From contig DATIJS010000057.1 in NCBI GenBank assembly GCA_035478335.1, forward strand, positions 8,143 through 72,142: 64,000 nt of DNA. Direction: 5' to 3'. Source of the DNA: Candidatus Saccharimonadales bacterium. GTDB taxonomy: Bacteria > Patescibacteriota > Microgenomatia > Levybacterales > UBA12049. How positions within the stretch are numbered: position 1 is the stretch's first letter; each line of letters opens with the position of its first letter. The notes below the pieces were generated by a model. That model was not told the origin of the DNA and did no database searches. It saw only the letters and a program-made list of their open reading frames with translations. A program made the position numbers and the translations under genes. Positions 18,215 through 27,035 of this stretch are shown here, piece after piece.

Positions 18215-18290
18215 GTGTTAGGGTTTAGGTTTTAGTAATTTTATTTATTACTGATCCCTAAGACCTGAAACCTAAAACCTGATTAGGGAG
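18215..18290. repeat. palindromic intergenic element (TTAGGGTTTAGGTTTTAG … CCTAAGACCTGAAACCTAAAACCT)
   Basis: Imperfect inverted arms of short tandem repeats after the dnaX stop. Confidence 0.4.
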
Positions 18291-18299
18291 GTGATTTTT

Positions 18300-18587
18300 A
18301 TGAATAATCCATTTGGTCAATTAGGAGAACTTAAAAAAATGAGGGATCAGGCAATGCAGATCCAAAAGCAGCTCAAAATGGAAGAGGTTGAGATAAATAA
18401 GCACGGAGTGTATGTTCGAATTTCAGGTGACCAGGAAATCAGAGAGATAATCAGTAACGGTAAATCAGACAATGATATAAGGGGTGCAATAAACGAGGCC
18501 GTTAAAAAGTCGCAAGAAGTAGCTGCCAAAAAACTTCAAAGCATGGGAGGAATGGGCGGACTCGGAGGATTGCTGGGTGGTAAATAA
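18300..18587 (+). CDS. ybaB: YbaB/EbfC nucleoid-associated protein
   Basis: Conserved position after dnaX, typical ~95-aa length, and a Gly/Met-rich C-terminus. GGGAGG RBS at 18284-18289. Confidence 0.8.
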   Translation: MNNPFGQLGELKKMRDQAMQIQKQLKMEEVEINKHGVYVRISGDQEIREIISNGKSDNDIRGAINEAVKKSQEVAAKKLQSMGGMGGLGGLLGGK

Positions 18588-18665
18588 GGGTAAAGGGGAA
18601 AGCGGGAAGGGTGAAGTTTAAAAACTTCTTTCCCCTTAACGCTTAACGCTTTTCCCTAATAAACT
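18588..18665. repeat. GC-richer imperfect hairpin of the same repeat family that flanks the four-helix-bundle gene (gene-less copy)
   Basis: GGGTAAAGGGGAAAGCGGGAAGGGTGAAGTTT | AAACTTCTTTCCCCTTAACGCTTAACGCTTTTCCC. Its units GGGGAAAGCG and GCGTTAAG are shared with 38138-38163 and 38521-38546. Confidence 0.5.
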
Positions 18666-19625
18666 ATGGTAAATAAATCTGAAGATTTTATTCTTTTAAC
18701 AGGCCGTTCAAACGTGCAGTTGGCGAAAGATGTTGCAAAACTTCTTGGGCAGAAACTGCATGAACCTATTAGTCTTTTTTCTGATGGCGAGATAAGAGTG
18801 AGAGTTCCGGTTAGCTTGCGGAATATGCATGTCTTCATCATTCAGCCAACCGCGCCGCGTGTAAATGACAGCATCATGGAACTTCTACTTATGATTGATG
18901 CTGCCAAAAGAGCTTCTGCTTCTGAAATCTCAGCAATTATTCCATATTTTGGCTATTCACGCCAGGATAGGAAAGAAATGCCGCGTGTTCCGATCAGTTC
19001 TTCGGCAATTGCCAATATGATCACAAATGCCGGCGCAACGCAAATTTTGACAATTGATATCCATTCGCAGCAGCAGCAGGGATTTGTTTCAATCCCATGG
19101 GACAATCTGTACGGCAGTTATGCTTTGCTCCCGATGATTAAGTCACTAAAATTAAAAGATCTGGTAGTTGCTTCCCCTGACAAAGGCGGAATGATTCAAG
19201 CAACAGGTTATGCAAAGCTTTTGGGGGCAGATGGAGTAGCACTTGTTTATAAAGAGCGGGATGTTGCTGTCAACGATAAATCAGGGACTTCGGCAATGAT
19301 CGGAAAAGTAAAGGATAAGAATGTACTTTTGGTTGATGACATAATCAGCACGGGAGGCACTATCGTAAACGCTGCTGTCTATTTAAAAGAACGTGGTGCG
19401 AAAAGCGTCAGACTGGCAATTGTTCATGGTCTTTTTGTTGGAGATGCAATCGAGAAAATAAAAAATCCGGTTATTGATGAGATTTTTGTGTCAGATACGA
19501 TTGAGCAGAGAAGTGAAGTTAAAAATATCAAAAAAGTTAAAATTGCTTCAGTTGCACCTCTTTTGGCTGAAGCAATAAAAAGAATTCAAACCGGTCAGTC
19601 GATAAGCCGTGATTTGATTTTGTAA
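18666..19625 (+). CDS. prs: ribose-phosphate pyrophosphokinase (paralog 1)
   Basis: PRPP synthetase signature …GYSRQDRK…, a PRPP-binding loop VLLVDDIISTGGT and a DGEI flexible loop. Confidence 0.9.
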   Translation: MVNKSEDFILLTGRSNVQLAKDVAKLLGQKLHEPISLFSDGEIRVRVPVSLRNMHVFIIQPTAPRVNDSIMELLLMIDAAKRASASEISAIIPYFGYSRQDRKEMPRVPISSSAIANMITNAGATQILTIDIHSQQQQGFVSIPWDNLYGSYALLPMIKSLKLKDLVVASPDKGGMIQATGYAKLLGADGVALVYKERDVAVNDKSGTSAMIGKVKDKNVLLVDDIISTGGTIVNAAVYLKERGAKSVRLAIVHGLFVGDAIEKIKNPVIDEIFVSDTIEQRSEVKNIKKVKIASVAPLLAEAIKRIQTGQSISRDLIL

Positions 19626-19676
19626 AAGTTGGATTTGTCTTGCCCCCGCGCCTCTTTAATAGTACAATAATCTCAG

Positions 19677-20600
19677 ATGAAGATATTTAGCGGGAGTTCA
19701 AATAAGCTGCTTGCCGAAAAATTAGCCCAAAATTTAGGATTGGAATTGTCAGAAATTGAGATACATGTTTTTCCGGATGGAGAGAGGCGCGTTAAATTAA
19801 ATGACATCGTTGTGGATGAAGAGACTGTGGTGGTTCAGTCGACAGCGACTCCGGTTGATCAAAACTACATCGAATTATTCTTTATTATTGATGCGCTTAA
19901 GCGTTCAGGAGCAAAATCTGTTACAGCTGTAATGCCTTATCTAGGCTATCAAAGGCAGGATCATATCTTCCGCGATGGAGAAGCAGTTTCTCTGCAAGTG
20001 ATGATTGGAATTTTGGAATCGATGGGAGTAAATAAGGTGATAGTTCTTGATCTGCATACAATAAAGATTCCTGAATTTTTTCATATACCGATTGATCATT
20101 TGTCAGCACTTCCCCAATTCGCAAAAGTTATAAAGGAAAATGGATGGGACTCTGATTCAATTCTTGTATCACCTGATATGGGGGGTTTAAGAAGAATAAA
20201 GGAGATGTCAGAATTTTTGTCCGGAATGTCTTGGATTGCAACAGTTAAAGATAGGAATTTGGATACCGGTGAAATAACTATAGAGAAAATTGAAAGCTCA
20301 GTTTCCAACTGGAGTATGGAAAATTTAAAAGGGAAAAGAGCCCTTATTGTTGACGACATGGCATCAAGCGGAGGAACATTGATTGAGTCTGCGAAACTTC
20401 TTAAAAAAAGTGGAATTTCAGAAGTGTACGCTTTTGTAACGCATCCGATTTTTTCCAAAGATGCACCTAAATTACTTCAGGACTCAGAGATCACCAAAGT
20501 TTTTGTGACTGATTCGGTTTACGTTTCGGAGGAAAAGAAGTTTCCAAAGTTGGAAGTTTTATCGGTTGCGGAGATGATAGCGAAAGAAATCAAAGATTAA
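19677..20600 (+). CDS. ribose-phosphate pyrophosphokinase family protein (paralog 2, divergent)
   Basis: …GYQRQDH…, ALIVDDMASSGGT and FPDGE. TTGCCC-17 nt-TACAAT (19640-19668) lies 8 nt before the ATG. Confidence 0.8.
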   Translation: MKIFSGSSNKLLAEKLAQNLGLELSEIEIHVFPDGERRVKLNDIVVDEETVVVQSTATPVDQNYIELFFIIDALKRSGAKSVTAVMPYLGYQRQDHIFRDGEAVSLQVMIGILESMGVNKVIVLDLHTIKIPEFFHIPIDHLSALPQFAKVIKENGWDSDSILVSPDMGGLRRIKEMSEFLSGMSWIATVKDRNLDTGEITIEKIESSVSNWSMENLKGKRALIVDDMASSGGTLIESAKLLKKSGISEVYAFVTHPIFSKDAPKLLQDSEITKVFVTDSVYVSEEKKFPKLEVLSVAEMIAKEIKD

Positions 20601-20683
20601 AAATAAAACATCAAATATACATATCAAAAGTCAAAGACACGTTTTTATTTGTTTTTACTTTTTAATATTTAATTTTTAATTTA

Positions 20684-21289
20684 ATGATGAAAATTCCAAA
20701 AGCAATTACCAATTTGGTTGAAAGTTTTGAGCGTCTTCCTGGTGTTGGTCCGAAGACTGCTCAGCGGCTTGCGTTTTATCTGCTGCACGTTCCCCAAGGC
20801 GAATTAGATCGATTCGCTATGTCTGTTGCAGAGCTTAAAAAGAATACAATAATATGTTCAATCTGCTTCTCTGTTGATGAGATTGATCCATGCAGTATTT
20901 GTTCAGATGCAAAGCGAAATCAGCAAATTATTTGCGTTGTTGAGCAGCCGCTGGATATTTTGGCATTTGAGAAAAGTGGAAAATATACAGGCGTGTATCA
21001 TGTCTTGCATGGGAAAATTGACCCATTAAATAATATCGGACCGGATGAGATTCATATTGCAGAATTGCTGCAAAGGTGCAGGAATTCGGATATTAAAGAG
21101 GTTATATTGGCGACTAATCCGACGATGGAAGGGGAGGCAACTGCTATGTACATTGCAAAGCAACTGAAAACTGAGAACCAAGAACTAAGAATTACTAGAA
21201 TTGGAAGAGGTTTGCCAACTGGTGCGGATATTGAATATGCTGACAGTACCACACTTGTTCAGGCAATGACAGGCAGACAGGAATATTGA
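20684..21289 (+). CDS. recR: recombination protein RecR
   Basis: LPGVGPKTAQRLAFYLL helix-hairpin-helix, a C4 zinc finger (CSICFSV…CSICSD) and a Toprim domain. Confidence 0.9.
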   Translation: MMKIPKAITNLVESFERLPGVGPKTAQRLAFYLLHVPQGELDRFAMSVAELKKNTIICSICFSVDEIDPCSICSDAKRNQQIICVVEQPLDILAFEKSGKYTGVYHVLHGKIDPLNNIGPDEIHIAELLQRCRNSDIKEVILATNPTMEGEATAMYIAKQLKTENQELRITRIGRGLPTGADIEYADSTTLVQAMTGRQEY

Positions 21290-21301
21290 TATAATAAAGT
21301 T

Positions 21302-21913
21302 ATGCCAAAGAATATTTTCGGGAGTGAAGAGACAAGTTTTGAGAACGGAATTTCCCTCACCAAACCAGTAAAAGCGATGAGTGATGCAGCCAAGCAGCAG
21401 GCAAAGGCAGCAGCCAATGATTTTGTTGCCCAACTTTATGGTGTGAAGGATAAAACTACTGATCTAAATGATCCGAATGCCAAGAATCAAAAACAGCAGC
21501 AACAGCAAGCCCCTCCGCCAAAACCGAAAAAATCAACACATATACTTTCAGGAATGAGCAACGCAGGAGACCACGCTAAATTCATAGCCCGTCAGCAGTA
21601 TTTGGACAAAGGAGATGCAAAAGGAGCAGAAGACATTATGTTTCATATGCAGCATTATTTTGATGAGTCTGTGATGACGCTTGAGGATCGGGTCAAGAAA
21701 TTCAGACGCGAGCAGGAGCAGCAAAGAGCTGAGCGCAAGAAGCAGCAGGAGGAAGAGGATCAGCAGAAAAAGGAGAAAGAAGCAAAAGAGAAAGAAGAAT
21801 TGCCACAAGCAACAGGAAAGGGAAGAAATAGAATGGGTAAAAAGCCAAAGACCAGTATTTCACTCAAGATGAGTCAGACCAAAACAGAAATCAACCGCGG
21901 AGCGACAGGGTAG
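21302..21913 (+). CDS. hypothetical low-complexity (Gln/Lys/Glu-rich) protein
   Basis: 203-aa ORF with a poly-Q stretch and KE-rich coiled-coil-like regions. Confidence 0.35.
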   Translation: MPKNIFGSEETSFENGISLTKPVKAMSDAAKQQAKAAANDFVAQLYGVKDKTTDLNDPNAKNQKQQQQQAPPPKPKKSTHILSGMSNAGDHAKFIARQQYLDKGDAKGAEDIMFHMQHYFDESVMTLEDRVKKFRREQEQQRAERKKQQEEEDQQKKEKEAKEKEELPQATGKGRNRMGKKPKTSISLKMSQTKTEINRGATG

Positions 21914-21993
21914 GAGTTGAATTACTAATTACGAATCACGAATTAAGGTTTATATTTTGGATTTTTGCCTCAAGTAAGCTATAATGTAAAGAG

Positions 21994-23385
21994 ATGTTAA
22001 AACTCTACAATTCTCTCTCCCGAAAGATAGAAACATTCAAGCCCATTAATCCAAAGGAAATTGGTGTATATACCTGCGGACCTACAGTTTATGACTTTGC
22101 TCATATCGGAAATTTCAGAACTTATACAACGTCTGATATATTGGTTCGCGCGTTAAAATTCAATGGATTTAATGTTAAGTATATTATGAATTTAACGGAT
22201 GTAGGGCATTTGACAGGAGATAATTTGGGGGATGCAGATACAGGTGAGGACAGGATGGAGAAAGCAGCCAAAAAAGAGGGAAAAACTGCATGGGATGTAG
22301 CTGAATTTTATACTGATGCTTTTCTCAAAGATTATGACGCATTAAACCTTGAGCAGCCGGAGCGTTTTGCAAAAGCAACCGATCACATCAAAGAGCAAAT
22401 TGATTTGGTAAGCAAATTAGAAAAAAAAGGATTTACCTATGCAACAACGGACGGCATTTATTTTGATACTTCAAAATTCAAAAACTACGGAGAGTTGTCA
22501 GACCTGGATCAGATCAAAGAAGGAGCAAGAGTCGAAATAAACGACGAGAAGAAAAATCCACGGGATTTTGCACTGTGGAAGTTTTCCAAAACAGATGAGA
22601 AGCGCCATATGGAATGGAAGAGCCCATGGGGTAATGGTTTTCCGGGGTGGCATATAGAATGCTCAGCAATGAGCATGAAATATCTTGGGGAAAGTTTTGA
22701 CATTCATGCCGGGGGAGTTGATCTCAAACAGACTCATCACCCAAATGAAATTGCGCAGGCGGAGGCAGCAACAGGCAAAAAGTTTGTAAATTATTGGGTG
22801 CATAGCGCGTTTATTTTGATTCAAGGCGAGAGGATGAGTAAAAGTCTTGGTAATAATTATCGACTTTATGATCTTGAAAAAAGCGGATATCATCCAATGA
22901 GTCTTCGCTATCTATATCTTCAAGCGCATTACCGCAAGGAACTTAATTTTACATTTCCTTCGCTAGATGGCGCAGAAAACGCCCTCAAAAAATTGCTCCA
23001 GGATATTGCTTTATGGAATGAGCCGGCAGGTGCACTCCCTGAGTATGATAAGCGCTTTCTTGACGCAATCAATGACGATTTGAATACACCCCAAGCCCTT
23101 GCTGTGATGTGGGAAATGGTCAAATCTGACCATCCTACAGCTGCAAAGGCAAAAACGCTTTTTAAGATGGATCAGGTGCTGGGTCTAAACCTTTTTGAGA
23201 ATAGGGAGGTAATTAAACGAGATCAGGGGATTGTGCCTGATGAAATCAAAGCAATGGTTCGCGAGCGGGAACAACTCAGACGCGAAAAGCGATTCAATTT
23301 AGCAGATCAGTTGAGAAGAAAGATTGAGAAGCTTGGATATGTCATAGAAGACTCCAAAACCGGCCCCAAAGCAAGGAAGGTATAG
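21994..23385 (+). CDS. cysS: cysteinyl-tRNA synthetase
   Basis: CGPTVYDFAHIGN (HIGH region) and KMSKSLGN. TATAAT at 21980-21985 lies 8 nt before the ATG. Confidence 0.9.
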   Translation: MLKLYNSLSRKIETFKPINPKEIGVYTCGPTVYDFAHIGNFRTYTTSDILVRALKFNGFNVKYIMNLTDVGHLTGDNLGDADTGEDRMEKAAKKEGKTAWDVAEFYTDAFLKDYDALNLEQPERFAKATDHIKEQIDLVSKLEKKGFTYATTDGIYFDTSKFKNYGELSDLDQIKEGARVEINDEKKNPRDFALWKFSKTDEKRHMEWKSPWGNGFPGWHIECSAMSMKYLGESFDIHAGGVDLKQTHHPNEIAQAEAATGKKFVNYWVHSAFILIQGERMSKSLGNNYRLYDLEKSGYHPMSLRYLYLQAHYRKELNFTFPSLDGAENALKKLLQDIALWNEPAGALPEYDKRFLDAINDDLNTPQALAVMWEMVKSDHPTAAKAKTLFKMDQVLGLNLFENREVIKRDQGIVPDEIKAMVREREQLRREKRFNLADQLRRKIEKLGYVIEDSKTGPKARKV

Positions 23386-23399
23386 GTAATTTCAAGTTA

Positions 23400-25604
23400 T
23401 TATGGCGTTACTATTACTGTCGGGAGAGGAATTGATTGTGTAGGCGATGGAGTAATTTGCAGAGTTTGAGTTGGAGTAGAAGTTGGAACATTTGTCGGCG
23501 TGGGAGTTGGAGTAGGTTCGTCAGGTTTATTTGTAGGAGTTGGGGTAACTGATATAGTGGGAGACGGCGTGAAAGTTGGCGTTGGGAGTTCACATGACTC
23601 AGGCTGTGTACCTGCTATGAAGTATTCTGTGTAGTTTTTGAACCCTGAAATACAGACAGGCTGCATAACCACAAATGTTGGCTTATCAAATGTTTCAAGC
23701 GGTGTATTGAGTAAAAAGTGATCCATCATATTTCTCCAGATTGGTGCAGCGCCCAGAGATCCAGCAACATTATCCATCGGAGTGTTATCATTGTTCCCGA
23801 CCCAGACACCAACAGCCAGACTAGGAGTGTATCCGACAGTCAGGGCGTCGCGAAAATCACTGGTAGTACCTGTCTTGACAGCTGCAATCCGTGAGATAGT
23901 CAAAGCGCCCCCAAATTCCTCAGCGCGAGCTTTATTGTCTGAGAGAATACTTGAAATAAGGTACGAGCCTTCTTCAGAGATTACCTTTTTGGAAGTTTGA
24001 GTATTTAAAAAGCCAAAAAGCTTAGCCCAAAAATTGCCCTCGTCAACTATATTTCCATATTTATCCTTAATTTCGATTACCGATTTTGGCGGGTTGTAAA
24101 CGCCTTTGTCAGCAAAGACGGCATATGCATCAGTTAACTCAAGCAGTTTTACTTCACCCGATCCAAGAACAAGAGACAAGCCGTATCGCGATGCATCAGT
24201 TCCAAGAGTAGTGATTCCCAAGTTTTGAGCTTGCTCAAGTCCTGCCGGTACGCCAACCTTTTCCATCACCTCAACTGCCGGGATATTGAGCGAATTTGCC
24301 AAAGCCCGTCTGACTGTCACAGGCCCTCTAAATCTCTTATCATAATCAAGAGGTTTGTAATTTCCGTCAAATGTTTTGGCACTATCATCTAGAAGAGTTG
24401 CCGGTGTAATCAGTTTGTCCTCAAAAGCCTTCTCGTAAATTAGAGGTTTGAATGAGGAGCCGGGCTGACGTGGAGAAATAGCCATATTTGTCTGACCAAA
24501 TTTTGCGTCTTCAAAATCATATGAGCCAACCATTACAAGTATTTCACCTGTTTTGGGATCAATCGCTATTGCTGCTCCGTTGCTGGCATCATTGTATTTA
24601 AGATATCTCATTTGATTCTTGACAGCCTTTTGCGCATATACTTGTTTTTCTTCATCCAGAGTTGTCTGGACCTGAAAACCATCTCTGATGATCCGTTCCT
24701 CACCATATTTTTTGATAAGTTGGTCTTTGACATAAATCGCGAAATGAGGAGCAAGAGTATTTTCGTCTTTAATTTTGGAAGGATTATATTTTAGAATTTT
24801 ATTCTCTGCATTTTGTTCCTCAGAATGAGTTAAAAAACCGTCTTTTACCATTTCTGAAAGTACGATTTTTTGTTTTCTGAGAGCGCCCGATTCATCATTG
24901 GACAATGGGGAAAGCGCAGAGGGGGCAGGAAGTATACCGACAAGAAGTGCACATTCGGAAAGACTCAGTTCGCTTGCGTGCTTGCCGAAATATGCTTCGG
25001 ACGCATTCTCAACACCAAATGCACCCTCTCCAAAATAAACTGAATTAAGATACATTTCCAAAATATCCTGTTTGGAAAATCTTCTATTCAGCTCTGCTGC
25101 CAAGACGATTTCCTGATATTTTCGAAGGAAGTTTTTATTAGAAGAAAGAAAAGCATTTTTGGCCAGTTCTTGGGTAATTGTTGAACCCCCTTCGACAATA
25201 TGTCCTGCAAAAATATTGCTTATAAAAGCTCTAGCAACTCCCCGGATTGAAAAGCCGGGATTTGTATAAAAAGTTTTGTCTTCTGTTGCAATAACTGCTT
25301 TTTGGATATTGTCAGGAATTTCAACAAGTGGGACATATTGAATTTCTTTTGGCTGATAAAAAGTGAAAAATGGCTTGTTGTCCCGGGTCAGAAGCGTAAG
25401 GCCTGTTTTGCCTCTATTCATAATACTGTCTTTGTCCTTTAAATCCTTTGCAAAGTAGAGATAAGTGATAGGGGGAACTAGGAGGATTAAGATGATTACA
25501 GCAATTCCGGCATAGATAATCTGGTGTTTGTAGCGCTTTGGGAAAGTTTTCAAAAAAGCTTTGAAATTAAACTCTCTCCACCAATCTTTAAGTCTTTTTA
25601 GCAT
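23400..25604 (-). CDS. class A penicillin-binding protein (transglycosylase + transpeptidase) with Thr/Pro-rich C-terminal linker
   Basis: N-terminal TM helix, glycosyltransferase-51 motifs (EDKTFYTNPGFS, GGSTITQEL), a transpeptidase SxxK-like core, and a C-terminal (TP)n low-complexity tail. Confidence 0.8.
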   Translation of the reverse strand: MLKRLKDWWREFNFKAFLKTFPKRYKHQIIYAGIAVIILILLVPPITYLYFAKDLKDKDSIMNRGKTGLTLLTRDNKPFFTFYQPKEIQYVPLVEIPDNIQKAVIATEDKTFYTNPGFSIRGVARAFISNIFAGHIVEGGSTITQELAKNAFLSSNKNFLRKYQEIVLAAELNRRFSKQDILEMYLNSVYFGEGAFGVENASEAYFGKHASELSLSECALLVGILPAPSALSPLSNDESGALRKQKIVLSEMVKDGFLTHSEEQNAENKILKYNPSKIKDENTLAPHFAIYVKDQLIKKYGEERIIRDGFQVQTTLDEEKQVYAQKAVKNQMRYLKYNDASNGAAIAIDPKTGEILVMVGSYDFEDAKFGQTNMAISPRQPGSSFKPLIYEKAFEDKLITPATLLDDSAKTFDGNYKPLDYDKRFRGPVTVRRALANSLNIPAVEVMEKVGVPAGLEQAQNLGITTLGTDASRYGLSLVLGSGEVKLLELTDAYAVFADKGVYNPPKSVIEIKDKYGNIVDEGNFWAKLFGFLNTQTSKKVISEEGSYLISSILSDNKARAEEFGGALTISRIAAVKTGTTSDFRDALTVGYTPSLAVGVWVGNNDNTPMDNVAGSLGAAPIWRNMMDHFLLNTPLETFDKPTFVVMQPVCISGFKNYTEYFIAGTQPESCELPTPTFTPSPTISVTPTPTNKPDEPTPTPTPTNVPTSTPTQTLQITPSPTQSIPLPTVIVTP

Positions 25605-25661
25605 AAAACTGTTCCCATTTTAGCACAAAACCTGTTAAAATAATGTTGATATCGCATCACT

Positions 25662-26186
25662 ATGGAAATTGTCAAACAAACAGAAGCGTTAATGATATTA
25701 GAAGAGAGGTTGAGGAGTAAAGGGGTAATAATTTTATTATTATTAGCGATAGTAGTTATCCTTATTTTGGATCATGGAGTTGGTTTGTTGATTGCGGCTA
25801 TTTTATTAATTTGTCTATTATTATATGTGTATCTCAGCGGTTCTAGTATCGAATCCGCTATTACAATTGATAAAAACAGCGGTTTGATTACTATCGAATT
25901 TCCAAATCTTAGTATGGTAATACCAAAACAGCAAAGAAAGATTGAGGAAATAACAGCAGTTAGAGTAAAAATTCGATATTTTAACCCTACTAAGCTACCA
26001 TATAAATCAATTATTTTGGTATTTACAAATGGAGAAGAAGTGGTCATTAATAGATTGAGTTTCAGTTATAGTATTATATTCCATTTTTTTGTTACTCCTC
26101 AGGAAGTGAAGATCGGTAAAGCAATTGCAGAATTTTTAAATGTTCCATTTGATCAATCATTTAAGTTTAATTTTGGATTTAAATAA
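25662..26186 (+). CDS. hypothetical membrane protein
   Basis: Two N-terminal TM helices followed by a soluble domain. Confidence 0.35.
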   Translation: MEIVKQTEALMILEERLRSKGVIILLLLAIVVILILDHGVGLLIAAILLICLLLYVYLSGSSIESAITIDKNSGLITIEFPNLSMVIPKQQRKIEEITAVRVKIRYFNPTKLPYKSIILVFTNGEEVVINRLSFSYSIIFHFFVTPQEVKIGKAIAEFLNVPFDQSFKFNFGFK

Positions 26187-26204
26187 TGTATAATTATTAG
26201 TGCT

Positions 26205-26603
26205 ATGAATGACATGAAAGATAAGCCAGAGGAATATTGGAAAGAGAAATTGACGCCTGAGCAGTATCATGTGCTTCGGGAGAAGGGGACGGAGGCACCA
26301 TTTAAGGGTAAATATGTAGATAATCATGAATCAGGGATGTATGAATGCGCAGCTTGTGGGCATGAACTTTTTTCCAGTGATACAAAGTTTGAGTCCGGTT
26401 CAGGTTGGCCGAGTTTTGATCAGCCTGTTAATAAAGAAAATGTCATATTAAATATGGATAATAGCTATGGAATGAGTAGGACTGAGGTTGTTTGTAAAAA
26501 TTGCGGTAGTCATCTGGGGCATGTTTTTGATGACGGTCCTAAGGAAACAACAGGACAAAGGTATTGTATAAATTCCTGTTCACTCAACTTCAAAAAAAAG
26601 TAA
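26205..26603 (+). CDS. msrB: peptide-methionine (R)-S-oxide reductase
   Basis: SelR domain with two CxxC pairs (CAACGHELF…[12 protein letters not shown]) and an RYCINS active-site block. Confidence 0.9.
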   Translation: MNDMKDKPEEYWKEKLTPEQYHVLREKGTEAPFKGKYVDNHESGMYECAACGHELFSSDTKFESGSGWPSFDQPVNKENVILNMDNSYGMSRTEVVCKNCGSHLGHVFDDGPKETTGQRYCINSCSLNFKKK

Positions 26604-26648
26604 GTTTCTTAATTCATAATTCTTGTTTGATCGTGCTACAATAAATTT

Positions 26649-27035
26649 ATGGATATAAATCCTATCTGCCCAAATTGTTCACTTCAGGTATTGCCGGCGT
26701 TTTATTTTTGTCCAAATTGTGGGAAGAATTTACGTCCCAAGCCATTATCAATCAGTGTTGGTAAGCAAATAGGAATTTATCTAGTGAGCGTTCTATTGCC
26801 GCCGCTTGGATTGTGGCCGGCTGTAAAATACCTAAGGCAAGACGATCAAAAAGCAAAAAATGTTGGAATTGTTGCTATCGTGTTGACGATTGCTGCGACA
26901 GTTGTGACGATTTATATCGCAATTGGTTTGGGTAATCAAATGAAAGCTATATTAAATGCTCAGTTAGGAGGAAGCAGCATTGAGCTGAACAATCCCTTGC
27001 AGCAGGCGCCTGATGCAAATTCGCTATCTCAGTAG
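26649..27035 (+). CDS. zinc-ribbon-containing small membrane protein
   Basis: N-terminal CPNC…CPNCG zinc ribbon followed by two TM helices. TGcTACAAT at 26634-26642 lies 6 nt before the ATG. Confidence 0.45.
   Translation: MDINPICPNCSLQVLPAFYFCPNCGKNLRPKPLSISVGKQIGIYLVSVLLPPLGLWPAVKYLRQDDQKAKNVGIVAIVLTIAATVVTIYIAIGLGNQMKAILNAQLGGSSIELNNPLQQAPDANSLSQ

Noticed and set aside
10654-20637. Shared 15-mer ATCAAAAGTCAAAGA in two intergenic regions (10654-10668 and 20623-20637)
   Set aside because: In an AT-rich 64-kb window a single exact 15-mer match of A-rich sequence is within chance expectation. The flanks do not align.
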